A stretch of 63,545 nt of DNA from Chara braunii (lineage: Eukaryota > Plantae > Charophyceae): the NCBI GenBank assembly GCA_003427395.1, contig BFEA01000046.1:3117576-3181120 (forward strand), written 5' to 3'. The position numbers were made by a program, and so were the translations under genes. This document shows, piece after piece, positions 25,470 through 36,721 of the stretch (its first letter is position 1; each line of letters opens with the position of its first letter). A model generated the notes under the pieces. The model had not been told where the DNA came from. It ran no database searches and saw only the letters and a program-made list of their open reading frames with translations.

Positions 25470-27813
25470 TATGCCATAAGTGAGGGGGTTATTGAAAGGG
25501 AACAACTGAGTGATCTAACGAACTACCTGCGCAAATGTATGTGGGATTGTGAGAGATGCATGCTCATATATGATTGTAGGATCTCACTTGAGGTGTCTTT
25601 TCGATAGGTTAGTTGCTTTAGATGCTCGCCAAGTGTGGGAACCATAGGTAGGTCAGATGGATGTTGGGAGGGAAAACTTGGGATGAGGATATGACTGACC
25701 TTGCTAGGGGTTAGGCCCAATGCTAGCCCATGGTCTCATCCAGAGGTTGTGTTAGCCGTCATTGATCCTGATTCATCGAGCAGGCGTCAGTAGTTAGTCC
25801 CAAGTGTAGTTTGATTGTCTTTTCATCTTTCAGCTTCGTATAAGTTTTGACAGTCTCCTGTTCCTACGGGAAGCGCTGCCGAAATTTCTACAAATCTGAA
25901 GGAGTTAGTCATTTTTTGGCTCATAGAAATTCTGAAAAGGCACTTTTCCTACGGGAAGCGCTGTCGAAATTTTGTAGAATTTGGGGAGTTAGAATATTTC
26001 TTAGCTAGAAGCTACCTTGCAGATCTATCCTGATTAGAGGAGGTACTCAGTGACTTGGCACTCATAGAGGAGCTAAGACGCGACTAGGGGGATGTTCTCC
26101 CCTTGGCACAAGCATGAGTAGTACTCTTCTTTGGCCTGTACTGTGATGCATGTTTCCGTGTTATCATTTGAAGGCTTGATCTGATCAAGCTATTTCGTCA
26201 AAAGGGTTACTCTTCTGTTATCACTGATAACAGGTCGGTTGCCGATCCGTCGGTCTACGACTCAACCCCAATTCACCCTCGATGCTCAACCTAAAAAGGC
26301 TCTAGCCCTAGTGATTTTATCTGTTTTGTTAAGGTTTCACCCAGACTTTTATTGAACGACCATTTAACTGAGGTACTGAGTACTTAATTATGGTTGGTTG
26401 GCTGGAGGTTGGGGCTTGCCTGGCCAAAGCGAAGGGCATGAGTGGAGAGGTTGGTTGGAGTTGACCCCGTGTAGCATGTGGGTCTTTGTTTGATATCGTG
26501 GTGTGATTGCAAGTATGTATGTAAGAGTCTCGATTGATTCATGTTGAGTGGTATTGCGTGGATTCAGATGGGCAAACCAGACAATTGTCGTGAGAGTGAA
26601 CTACCCCACAACCCTTATGTTTGAGTGAGATTGTTCTACCCCCGTTCTACTGAGGTGATAATCTAAGTAGGCGTACGCTTAGATGACCCCCACAGGGTTA
26701 GTCCCGGCGGTGCCTCTTCTAATTATATTAAGAGTGTTTGTTTTTTTTCCCTTGTTGAAAATTTATTTTGGTGGAACGATACAGTTCCGGGCGGAAGGGT
26801 TAGCGTGTCGCTGGTGATGTGCCAGACAGCTCACCACCGCTCCAAATTCCTTCCTGCCCTAGGGGCCGTCTTACCCCGCACCCTTTGGGATACCTCAGGG
26901 TGCAGAAGACGGAAAGGCCCTCAGGCCGATTTTGCGCCCACTAAAGGGTTACCCCCCCTTTAGCGTGCGCTTCAGCCAACGCTTGAGCGTCGGGAGCCAC
27001 CCCGTGGCCCAGAATAGGCCATTCGGGTATGGGCACCACATAATGCGCCGTCATCGCTTTTATCTGCGTAGGACTGCATTATAAATAGGTATGCGTGGGT
27101 CCTACGTTCACGCGATCTTATACTAAACCTCGCGCAAGGCAGTTACCGACTTCCACTGCGTAGAGTTATGGGTCAGATACTGAAGGGACTAGGAGTGTTG
27201 TTGTGTTGTGGTGTTATTTGTGGAGATTGTTGTGTGTGTGTCCGTATGTTATGCGTGGGTAAGCGTGGGTGTTGCAGTGTAACGCGTGGGTGTGTAGTGG
27301 GTCCTAGTCGACCGGCGCCAAATCGTGCTAAGGACTTCAGCCCCCCAGTACAACGACTCGCGTACGGGTTCGATTTCGGGCGTTCAACCGCGCGTACCCC
27401 CTATGCTACAACGAACGAGAAACGCCCTCGGCTGGGCCACCTCTGCAATTGCATATGAAAACATGTGGTTCAGTAGCTCGGCAGGGATACGCCCACCTAA
27501 GGGATGGTGACAACTCCCGCAGGTGGAGGTAGCGGTGCCTCGCGTGACTCTGTCCTGTCGTAGGGACTCGCGAGAGGTACGGCTGGTCCACTCGGCCGGA
27601 GCGGCAAACGCTCTCCGCGACAAGTCCTGCATAATCCTGCGTGACGCGGCCGAGAGGGTCCCCGTGCGGGACCGAAGCGCTCGACAACGCACAAAAGGTA
27701 TAAATGAGAGATGAAATCCTCCCCTCCACTCCTCAATCCTCTCCCAGTTCGATTGATCTCCCCGCCCCTCTTTCGCAATGCTTGGCAGAGATCAGCACGT
27801 GATCCCATGACCG

Positions 27814-28729
27814 TCACTTCTCAAATATTGGAGAGATCCTACCACTCTCCACAAATTCTCCGTGCACAAGCTTTGCCTTGCATTTGACTAATTCGTCGAT
27901 TGCTATCTCACACTTCGACCACTCAATCCCTTCCCGGTTGCATAACTTCCTTAACTTGGGTACTTTCTTCTCCGATAAATGTCTGTGCATTTCAATGGCA
28001 AAATCCAACATGTCAGTGTTTGCCATACCCGATTCCACTCCTTTCCTCTCCGCCGGGGGAGTCCTAATTTCGTCGTCTTCATCAATTCTTACCAGATCAC
28101 CTCGGTGTCCTTTCCGTTGGTTCCTCGATATCATCCCCCCTCCACCAATCTCTCTCTTCTTGCCTTTCCTTCTTTCGATCGCTTCAATTAATTTTTCTGC
28201 TTCCTCCTTAACTTCCTCACTATCATCTTCCAATTCAACTAAGTAACTCCTAATCTCTCTTAACATCTTCGCTTTTGTCTTTGGTGATTTCTTCTTCCCG
28301 ATCGATGACTTCCCTGTTTCGACTGTCCTCGTGTGTTGAGCGAGAAGCTTCACTAATCGTGCTTCCATTCTCGCCTCCCGAGCTTCTGGCTCCTTCAGCC
28401 TCTCAATCTACCTCCTATTCTCCTCTTCTCTCCTCCTCCTTTCTTCTTCCTCCTTTTCCCTCCTCTCCACATCCATCTTCTGTTTCCGCAACTTTTCTCT
28501 AAAATATTCTTTCACCTATTTGGTCTCGTTATCGATCTGATTCTCGCCCACACCTACTGGCGAAGCGGTCCCAGGCCTCCCACTTCCTGCGGCCCAGCAA
28601 TTGCGGGCGTAATGTCCGATTTTTCCACAGATGTAACATGACAACTCCGGGTTCCAANCCCCCCGCCATTGGTAACCCGTTCCCGTAACTTTGTAAGGGT
28701 TGTCCCCCTGGAATTTGCATATTCGTCAT
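27814..28729 (-). pseudogene. PLE ORF1: gag-like CCHC zinc knuckle, E/K/R-rich coiled coil, C-terminal SAP/HeH-like motif; frameshifted near an N
   Basis: CYICGKIGHYARNC at 28638-28597, a charged low-complexity middle, then KKVPKLRKLCNREGIEW..AIDELV. The stop lies 5 nt before the probable ORF2 ATG. Confidence 0.75.
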
Positions 28730-29311
28730 CTTCAACCTCTCCTTCTCGACTCCCTTCTTCTCCTCCTCCGTTGATCCCTAGCTAAGCACCCAACACTATA
28801 TACCCTCCCTAAAAACCTCTCTATCAGATCTACAAATTCTTCCTCGGATTCTCCAACCCCGAAATGCAATATCACATATAATTGCGGAACCAAATCGCCA
28901 TACACGCACTTTTCCAGGTCAAGCCATCAGCGGAAGAATTCAGAATCCCTGAAATTACAATCATTCATATCTACTTATAAACAACCATACGAACTCCCTC
29001 ACAAGAACCCAACCATTCTAGTCATTCAGACAGCTACGTCGCGCAAGCTCCCCGCATTCCTCCTTACCCCCATCTGACACCCCTCCTCACTTACGGAGTT
29101 GATCAAACCATCCAATCTAACTCTTGTTCACGTTGCTCTTAGTAACGATCATGTACGAAGACATGAAGACGATCACGCTTCGAAGCGTTTTTCAGAGGAC
29201 AAAAAAAGGACGCTCACACCTTCCTCCACCCGTACAATACAGGCGCACGTCAAACCATCACGCCAATCGTAGCCACTGTATCATGCCGAACACACCGGTT
29301 ACCACGTTACT

Positions 29312-30336
29312 CGAGAATAAGAAGAAGAAGAGCACACAACGCAAAAAAGACACGAGGCTTCTTTACTCAAAACTCCGTCACTTCAACTCTTAAGATATCT
29401 CACAATACGCACAAGCACGCTTCGCCTCTATGCGTTTCGCTGCTGGCGCGCTCAGCAGGCTCATCAGGAGGCACTATCACACCGGAGTTGAGATATCAAA
29501 CAATCCGACCAGCTCGACTTAAATACCTTTCCCATTACTTTTGCGCGCGTATCTTTTCCCTACTCTTACCTACCCACGACGAAATTAAGTTGCCATACAC
29601 ATCATCCCACCCAGACTACGGCTTTCTCCTCCCTACTGTCTCCACTATCCCACCCGGATGCTTACCAAGCATAGATATTTTTCGTGCGCAATGGCTGATT
29701 CTATTGAATCGAATGCCCCATCCATCTTCCCTGACACTTCTTTTTTTCCCACAATCTCTTCTTCTTCCCACGGTTGGCTCTCCCTTGTCTCTCTCCCCCC
29801 TCTTCTCCTACTTCTCCCGACTCCTTTCCAAACTCGTACCTGTATGCCTGACTCCGCGATACCCGGATCCTCCACCTTCGTTCTCGCCATCGGTCCGAAT
29901 CGAAAGCGTCAGCCTTCCCTCTCAGACAGACTTCGGAGATCGTCATTCTTAGCGTCATATCTTTTGCTATTTTTCTACCTGCATAACTCGATCTAACTAT
30001 TTTACACTGTATACCGGCGTCGAACCCGCATGTTTTTTTGTATTCGGCGAAACGCACCGCATAGATTGACAAAAAACTCCCAACAGGCTTGAAGAGAAAT
30101 AGCACAACGTACCAAAAACGAAGACTACCACTCGAAAAGCAAAAAATAAAAAATAAAGTCGAAAAAACAAAAAATCGTCAAAACCCAACAAAAACACCTC
30201 GATCAGCATCTGTCGAGGTGACCTGGGCTTGTTTCCTTCCCCTACCTACCCACGAATTTTCTCAGTCTTGGGTATTCATTGGAGAGGTAAACCCCCAATG
30301 TACCTCCGGACACCTTGACAAACCTAGCCAGGGCAC
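29312..30336 (-). repeat. 5' pseudo-LTR (truncated tandem copy) of the Penelope-like element
   Basis: Near-identical to 13963-15034 and encodes the last RT residues LARFVKVSGGTLGVYLSNEYPRLRKFVGR*. Confidence 0.9.
29424..29472 (-). ncRNA. Type I hammerhead ribozyme, second pseudo-LTR copy
   Basis: GCCTC-CTGATGA-GCCTGCTG..CAGCAGC-GAAA-CGCATA-GAGGC. One stem III pair is broken. Confidence 0.8.
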
Positions 30337-31569
30337 AGAGAGAGAGAGAGAGNNNNNNNNNNNNNNNNNNNNNNNNNNNNNNNNNNNNNNNNNNNNNNNN
30401 NNNNNNNNNNNNNNNNNNNNNNNNNNNNNNNNNNNNNNNNNNNNNNNNNNNNNNNNNNNNNNNNNNNNNNNNNNNNNNNNNNNNNNNNNNNNNNNNNNNN
30501 NNNNNNNNNNNNNNNNNNNNNNNNNNNNNNNNNNNNNNNNNNNNNNNNNNNNNNNNNNNNNNNNNNNNNNNNNNNNNNNNNNNNNNNNNNNNNNNNNNNN
30601 NNNCCCCCTCCGTCTCGCCCTCCCTCTCTCTCCTCTCCCTCCCTCTCTCCCCTCTCCCTCCCCCTCCCTCTTTCCCTTCGTTCCTCTTATTTTGCGGCGT
30701 CGCTGCAGCGGGTCCACTTGTAAAGTAATAAAAAAAAATTGACAAGGCTAAAATTAGTTGAGGAAAAAATTGACTTAAACTATAGGCAAATTTACAGAAA
30801 CGAAAACTAAATGGCACACACAGAACTGCTATTGAAGAACAAAAGAGACAAAAAAGGACTAAGAAAAGGATTCACATTCAGTCAATGTGCTGAAACAGAC
30901 TCAAAACAGACTCAAAACACTCAAGGGCAGTCCTAAGACAGACTGAAACTGATTCGAAACTGATTCAGAAAAACATGACACACTCAATTAGACCTGCAAA
31001 CTGTAAACAAAAAAATAAACAGACATAAGAGAAAAACGTTGAATGTCGCAAACAATGGGACAGAGTTGAGGTTGTGAAAACAGAGTTATTTTGCTATGCA
31101 ATTATTGAACTATCCAAGATACAAAAGAATAGGGAAATTTAATTCATTGTAGAGATAATTTAAATTTATAATAAGAACATACTCAAGGTTTCATACTTAC
31201 AGGAGTTGGTCGTGTTGCTTCAGCAAGGTGGTACTGATAATTGTCTCATAGTTCAATTGAAACCACTCCTCGTGTTTCTTTCTTGACTTGTAAATCCTCC
31301 TTTCCCCATTTCACAATTCATAGAATGAATGTGAAAATGATGTTAAGCATTGCGGACATTTTTTGTCATAAAAACAACCCTCGGGAAGGAACTTCTTGCA
31401 TTGGGTAGAAAAACGGTTTTGCAGGAGTCTTATAAATTTCAAGAGACCCACCGCATTCAATGCATTGATCAATGGAAGGTATCAGTACAAACTCATAACC
31501 AATATCATGTAAGGTATAATCTGTTGAAAAAACAGGATTTTAAAAAAAATGTTGATCATGATTATACAT

Positions 31570-34500
31570 TTTTGTGAGCACATTTTCCACATTGGTCATT
31601 GAATAATCTCGTGTCTTGAATGGTGCTTATCGAGAATTCAATACATGCTGAATGTAGTAATAAAGGTTGGGCATCTCAGATGGAAATATATTGCATATGT
31701 GTGGTGTAACGAATGCATCAAGGAGTGTCATCGGAGAAAGAATTTCATCAAGTGTGGTTATTTTGATTAACAATAATCATCAATTCGTAGAATCTCCACT
31801 GTTATATTCAGGAAAAAGAATAATAGGGGGTTCATAACATATTGTGATCAAATTGTGTAGAGTCATAAATAATCAATTATCCGTGCACAAACTGTCCTCA
31901 ATCAAACATTGTGATCAATGAAACATGCATGACCCAGACTCCAGAGATGAAAGATATAGTTGAAAAATGACTTTCATCCATGATCCACCTGCATCTTGCA
32001 TCAAAGAGAAAATTGCACAAGAAATATGTTAGTGAGGTTAACTTGTAATCCATAATTGTCACTTTCTATTGGTCATCCAAGCATGTTACTAGGCAAAAGT
32101 TAACTCCTGTTGATTGGCATGTTTATTGCTAAGTTAAACTCTCGAGTAAGAAGGTAAAACCTTGTATCCACCAATAGACCTACATGATGACATGCAAGAT
32201 AAAATATATATGATGAATTACAATGAAAGTCCAAAATTTGTAGAAATAATTCTTTCCCACAGGCATACACCTTACTTCATTAAAGTAGGTACATAGTATA
32301 TACACATGAAGGATATATCTAGAGTATACAACTGGCCTTTACACAAAAGTCTTTCTCGCATTAATGATTTTTTTTTTTAATTATAAATAAGACCAAACAC
32401 ATAGAGTCTTACAATTTTGGCTCCGTTCCATTGTAGGGAGCATCAGGCCGGTTCCAATCCCACCGATGAGGCAAATGAATACATTCAAACACCCACACAC
32501 ACTCCTCCCCATTATAGTTGGGAGGCCCGAGTAGACGACATTGATTTCTTCCCTGGGGAAAGATGTACCATCTCTCACCCCTGCGTAAGTTAGCCTATCC
32601 GCCCTAGCTTCCCGAATAACCCTAAGACCCAATGAAAAGTTGTTCGGCAACCCTCTCTCTCAGTTGTGACGGTGTAGGATTTGCTAGAATCTCTAGGAAT
32701 AACCTGGCATTATCGGTTGTCTGTCATGAGGTCAACCTGACTGGCTGAGACATGAGCTCTTGTTTGATCCGACGTCACCTCGTATTCCATGTACATTGCT
32801 TGAGTTCTTTCCATACCCGTTCCAGTGCCATGGCCAGTCTGCTAATTGTCTCTTTGCACCTCATTTTCCACACCATCCACAGTGTCAAAGGTCGCTGTCT
32901 CCTCTAGAGGGTCAATATCCATTTCTCTTGAAGCGACTGTGGTGCTAGGCCAAACAGTATGTCAGTTTGTTCCTCTCGCCACCTCTATTCCATAATGCCC
33001 TCCAATAGCTTTCCTACTCGATCTCCCCCCTGTCGCACCTTAGGTCACAACAACTCCCAAAAAACTCAACACTCATCAAAGTCAAATCTGTCCGCCCAAG
33101 CTCTACTTTTGGACAACCACCTATTGGCCCGCAATGCCCATTATGTGATGAGCCACTGTAAACTTCGCACCCTCGTATTATGGATTGCAAAAATATATGT
33201 GCCCAAGGTAATTTCAACAGGCCCACCATGTTACCTGCCATCATATGCGCCATCAAAATGCTCCTCCCGTCCTGTCAAGGTAACTTCGATGCCCACTCCG
33301 CCGAATCTACCTCTAAATCCTGCAATGACTGCCGCTTGTGTACATGCCATCCCGCTTTGATGACAATTTGAATTGTGTGTTTCAACTTTTGCTGCTAAGA
33401 AGTCTTTTTCGGCGTCTCCCATCTCTCGGTGGTTTAGAAGTTTTGCTAGCCTGAGTTGTTTCTGTGGCCTCCAACTCAATGTTGTCCGAGACAGCCAGAT
33501 CAACAACAACATCATCACAACGATTTCGATCAATACTACGTGGTGTTCTCTGTTTCCGTTCTGACCCCGGATTAACCCTATGTGCTGCTTTCCGTTTGCG
33601 TGTTGATTGTGCTTCTGTTGGGGTCCGCTGTTTATTGCTTGATGGAGAAGCATGCGCTGATGATGCCATACTGACATTCTTATTAGGAATTGCAGTTTCC
33701 CCTTCTATTCTGCTTCTCTATTGTTGTATCGGAGACAATATCCCAACAGCCTTTTGTGTGACTTCTCTTTGGGTTGCTTTCAACATCTGTGCCTGTGACG
33801 AAGAACTTGTGGTCAGATGACCTTTCCGTTTAGCCTCAATATCTGTTGTTTGCTCCCTCGTTTCATTCCTGTCAAGCAAATTGCAATTGGTTCCTCCCTT
33901 GTTGCTGCGATGGAGTTGAGAAACTCTCAAATTTCGCCGTTTAAACCGGAATGTTGCGTGGGCAGAGTTTCATGATGGGTCCCGCTGATTTGATTTTCAT
34001 TGAAGAAATTCAAATTGCCTGGTACTTTGTTGGAGTGATGGCTCTAAGAACCTTTCAAAGCTTGTTGTATTGGAGACAATGTCACAGCAACCTTCTGTGT
34101 TACTTCTCTTCGGATTGTTTTCAACATCTGTGCTTATGACGAAGAACTTGTGGTTGCATGCTCCCTCCTTTCATTCTTGTCAAGCGGATTGCAATTTGCC
34201 CCTCCCTTGTTGCTGCAATGGAGTTGAGAAACTGTCAAATCTTCGCCATTTAAACCCGAATGTTGGGTGGGCAGAGTTCCATTACAGTTCCCGTTCATTT
34301 GATTTTCATTGAAGAAATTCAAATTGCCTGGTCCTTTTTTGGTGTGATGGTTCTGAGAACCTCTCAAAACTTCAACATTGGTGGCAAACTCTTGGCTTCC
34401 CACAACTGTTGAGTGTTCTGCATTCACTCCACGATGTCCGCTGCTGACGGTCTGGTGAGCTTGGGCATAAACAATTGGAGCGGATCTTGAAGGAAACCTA
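31570..34500 (-). pseudogene. Decayed coding-like exons of unknown product upstream of the KDZ CxC5 exon, including a ~350-bp tandem duplication (33716-34365)
   Basis: Splice-acceptor-like starts near 31988 and 34498 and long frames broken by scattered stops. I recognise no motif. Confidence 0.35.
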
Positions 34501-34601
34501 CATACATGATGCGCACAATATAGGACCGTTAATTTCATATCTTCCTTTTCCTCTCTCTTGAAGGAAACGTGCATGCACAAAACACATATTTACAAATCTT
34601 T

Positions 34602-34674
<73 letters not shown>

Positions 34675-35555
34675 GCAAGGGAGAGTAGGTAGACCTCTCA
34701 CATGTTCCCGCTTTGGGGGCTGAGGTTTCGCCTCGCTGCATGTACCTAACTCTCTTCGGTCATTGCCTGCAGCCATGGCTGTCAGAACCAGTGTTCCTCC
34801 CTCCAGACCAGCAATTCCATTAGCAGGAGTTTGGATAAGAGGACAATCGGCGAAAAAGGGGGAGGAATGTGCTATGAGGAAGGAAGCTATCTGAACAATG
34901 GCAGGTGATCGCGAAGAAGGGAAGTGTTGTGAATGCGAATGTCAATGAGATCGAAGAATCATGGCTCAAGGACTGTACTGTAAATGGGGGTTTCAGCGAG
35001 AAGCACACCAGTGTCCGAGACCAGTCAGGGAGGATTTGCTTTAGAGGCGGGTGAAGATAAGTGGTTTGCAAAAAAAATGTTCAGTGATGATACCAGCCAA
35101 GGTAGAGTGAAATTCTAAGGACGAAACCCAACGTCGAAGGTGGCATGAGCAAAAAATTGGTGGAGTTGCTACAAACCCTAGATGGGATGTCAGTCACTCT
35201 GTCACTTCTTGTATGCCTTCTGAAAGGAAAAAGCGGTTCGCGCTGACGCTCCCAGCGGGCCCAGCGAAAATAGGGCTGGGAGGTTCGCGTGCGCTGCTGC
35301 ACGAGAGCGAGGAGGGCGCGTCGGTTGGGGGCGGCAGCGAGGTGCAGGGCAGCAAAATCGGGCCGGGGCGCGCCGGATGGGGATGGGGGTAGGGCAGTGG
35401 GCAAGGGGGAACCGGCGAATTTCGCAACGAGGGCTGAAGAAATCCGGCGCCGGCAGGCAGTGCGGTGCGTGGGCCTGCGGGATTTTTTCTTTTTGCTGTC
35501 GCGCGGGGGACCAAACTACGTTATCGGAGCATTGCTTTGCGGGGATGAATGGTGG

Positions 35556-35639
<84 letters not shown>

Positions 35640-36245
35640 NNNNNNNNNNNNNNNNNNNNNNNNNNNNNNNNNNNNNNNNNNNNNNNNNNNNNNNNNNNNN
35701 NNNNNNNNNNNNNNNNNNNNNNNNNNNNNNNNNNNNNNNNNNNNNNNNNNNNNNNNNNNNNNNNNNNNNNNNNNNNNNNNNNNNNNNNNNNNNNNNNNNN
35801 NNNNNNNNNNNNNNNNNNNNNNNNNNNNNNNNNNNNNNNNNNNNNNNNNNNNNNNNNNNNNNNNNNNNNNNNNNNNNNNNNNNNNNNNNNNNNNNNNNNN
35901 NNNNNNNNNNNNNNNNNNNNNNNNNNNNNNNNNNNNNNNNNNNNNNNNNNNNNNNNNNNNNNNNNNNNNNNNNNNNNNNNNNNNNNNNNNNNNNNNNNNN
36001 NNNNNNNNNNNNNNNNNNNNNNNNNNNNNNNNNNNNNNNNNNNNNNNNNNNNNNNNNNNNNNNNNNNNNNNNNNNNNNNNNNNNNNNNNNNNNNNNNNNN
36101 NNNNNNNNNNNNNNNNNNNNNNNNNNNNNNNNNNNNNNNNNNNNNNNNNNNNNNNNNNNNNNNNNNNNNNNNNNNNNNNNNNNNNNNNNNNNNNNNNNNN
36201 NNNNNNNNNNNNNNNNNNNNNNNNNNNNNNNNNNNNNNNNNNNNN

Positions 36246-36315
<70 letters not shown>

Positions 36316-36481
36316 CCAGCCATGCAGGGCAGAGAGAGAGCCTACTTCTATCGATGCCATACTCTACTTCTCATTTTGCACATTCGAAGGCTGCTCAGTT
36401 CATGGACACATAAAACTGTTGAAGCGGCCCTGCCTGGGCACGTCTGCGCGTGTATGTGTGTGTGTGTCTCACACAGACACA

Positions 36482-36544
<63 letters not shown>

Positions 36545-36620
36545 TGAGAGTGAGAGAGAGAGAGAGAGAGAGAGTTTTCCAGCCATGCAGGGCAGAGAGA
36601 GAGCCTACTTCCATCGATGG

Positions 36621-36678
<58 letters not shown>

Positions 36679-36690
36679 AGAGTCTCTCTC

Positions 36691-36721
<31 letters not shown>

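Larger units (their letters stand above)
17699..27690. mobile_element. Unclassified ~10-kb insertion (possibly composite) splitting PLE ORF2
   Basis: PLE coding sequence stops at 17698 and resumes at ~27691. ACAA is present at both junctions (17695-17698, 27691-27694). No long ORF, LTR pair or TIR is visible. Confidence 0.7.
13963..30336 (-). mobile_element. Penelope-like retroelement with N-terminal GIY-YIG (Chlamys/Naiad type), partial-tandem pseudo-LTR structure, interrupted by a 10-kb insertion
   Basis: A ~1.05-kb direct repeat (13963-15034 / 29312-30336) includes the RT C-terminus and a hammerhead. It has a GIY-YIG+RT ORF and an upstream CCHC ORF, and both ends abut (AG)n. Confidence 0.9.
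1297..31520 (-). pseudogene. Kyakuja-Dileera-Zisupton (KDZ) transposase, CxC5+CxC6 (Kyakuja-like) type, spliced and decayed
   Basis: Exons with GT-AG ends and matching phases: 31520-31201 (LIPSIDQCIECGGSL..KKCPQC..SFY..WFQLNYETIISTTLL, CxC5-like), 11870-11612 (YEANAGF..RFEDAYLRW), 8998-8501 (H..C....C..ID*HFKVCR..GCPETP..LCRAH, CxC6-like), 7171-6836 (chromo-like, then ACG..MVLAES), 6697-6535 (IGYDDMCHL), 3441-3297 (VDHFHFSNH..C..NP..NMSICEQRFKW), 1435-1297 (RYMNKDKFNFLLL..stop). It has in-frame stops and at least one frameshift. Confidence 0.85.

Noticed and set aside
27121-27135. Telomerase RNA template-like CTAAACCT
   Set aside because: It does not match the CTAAACCCT template and has no supporting context.
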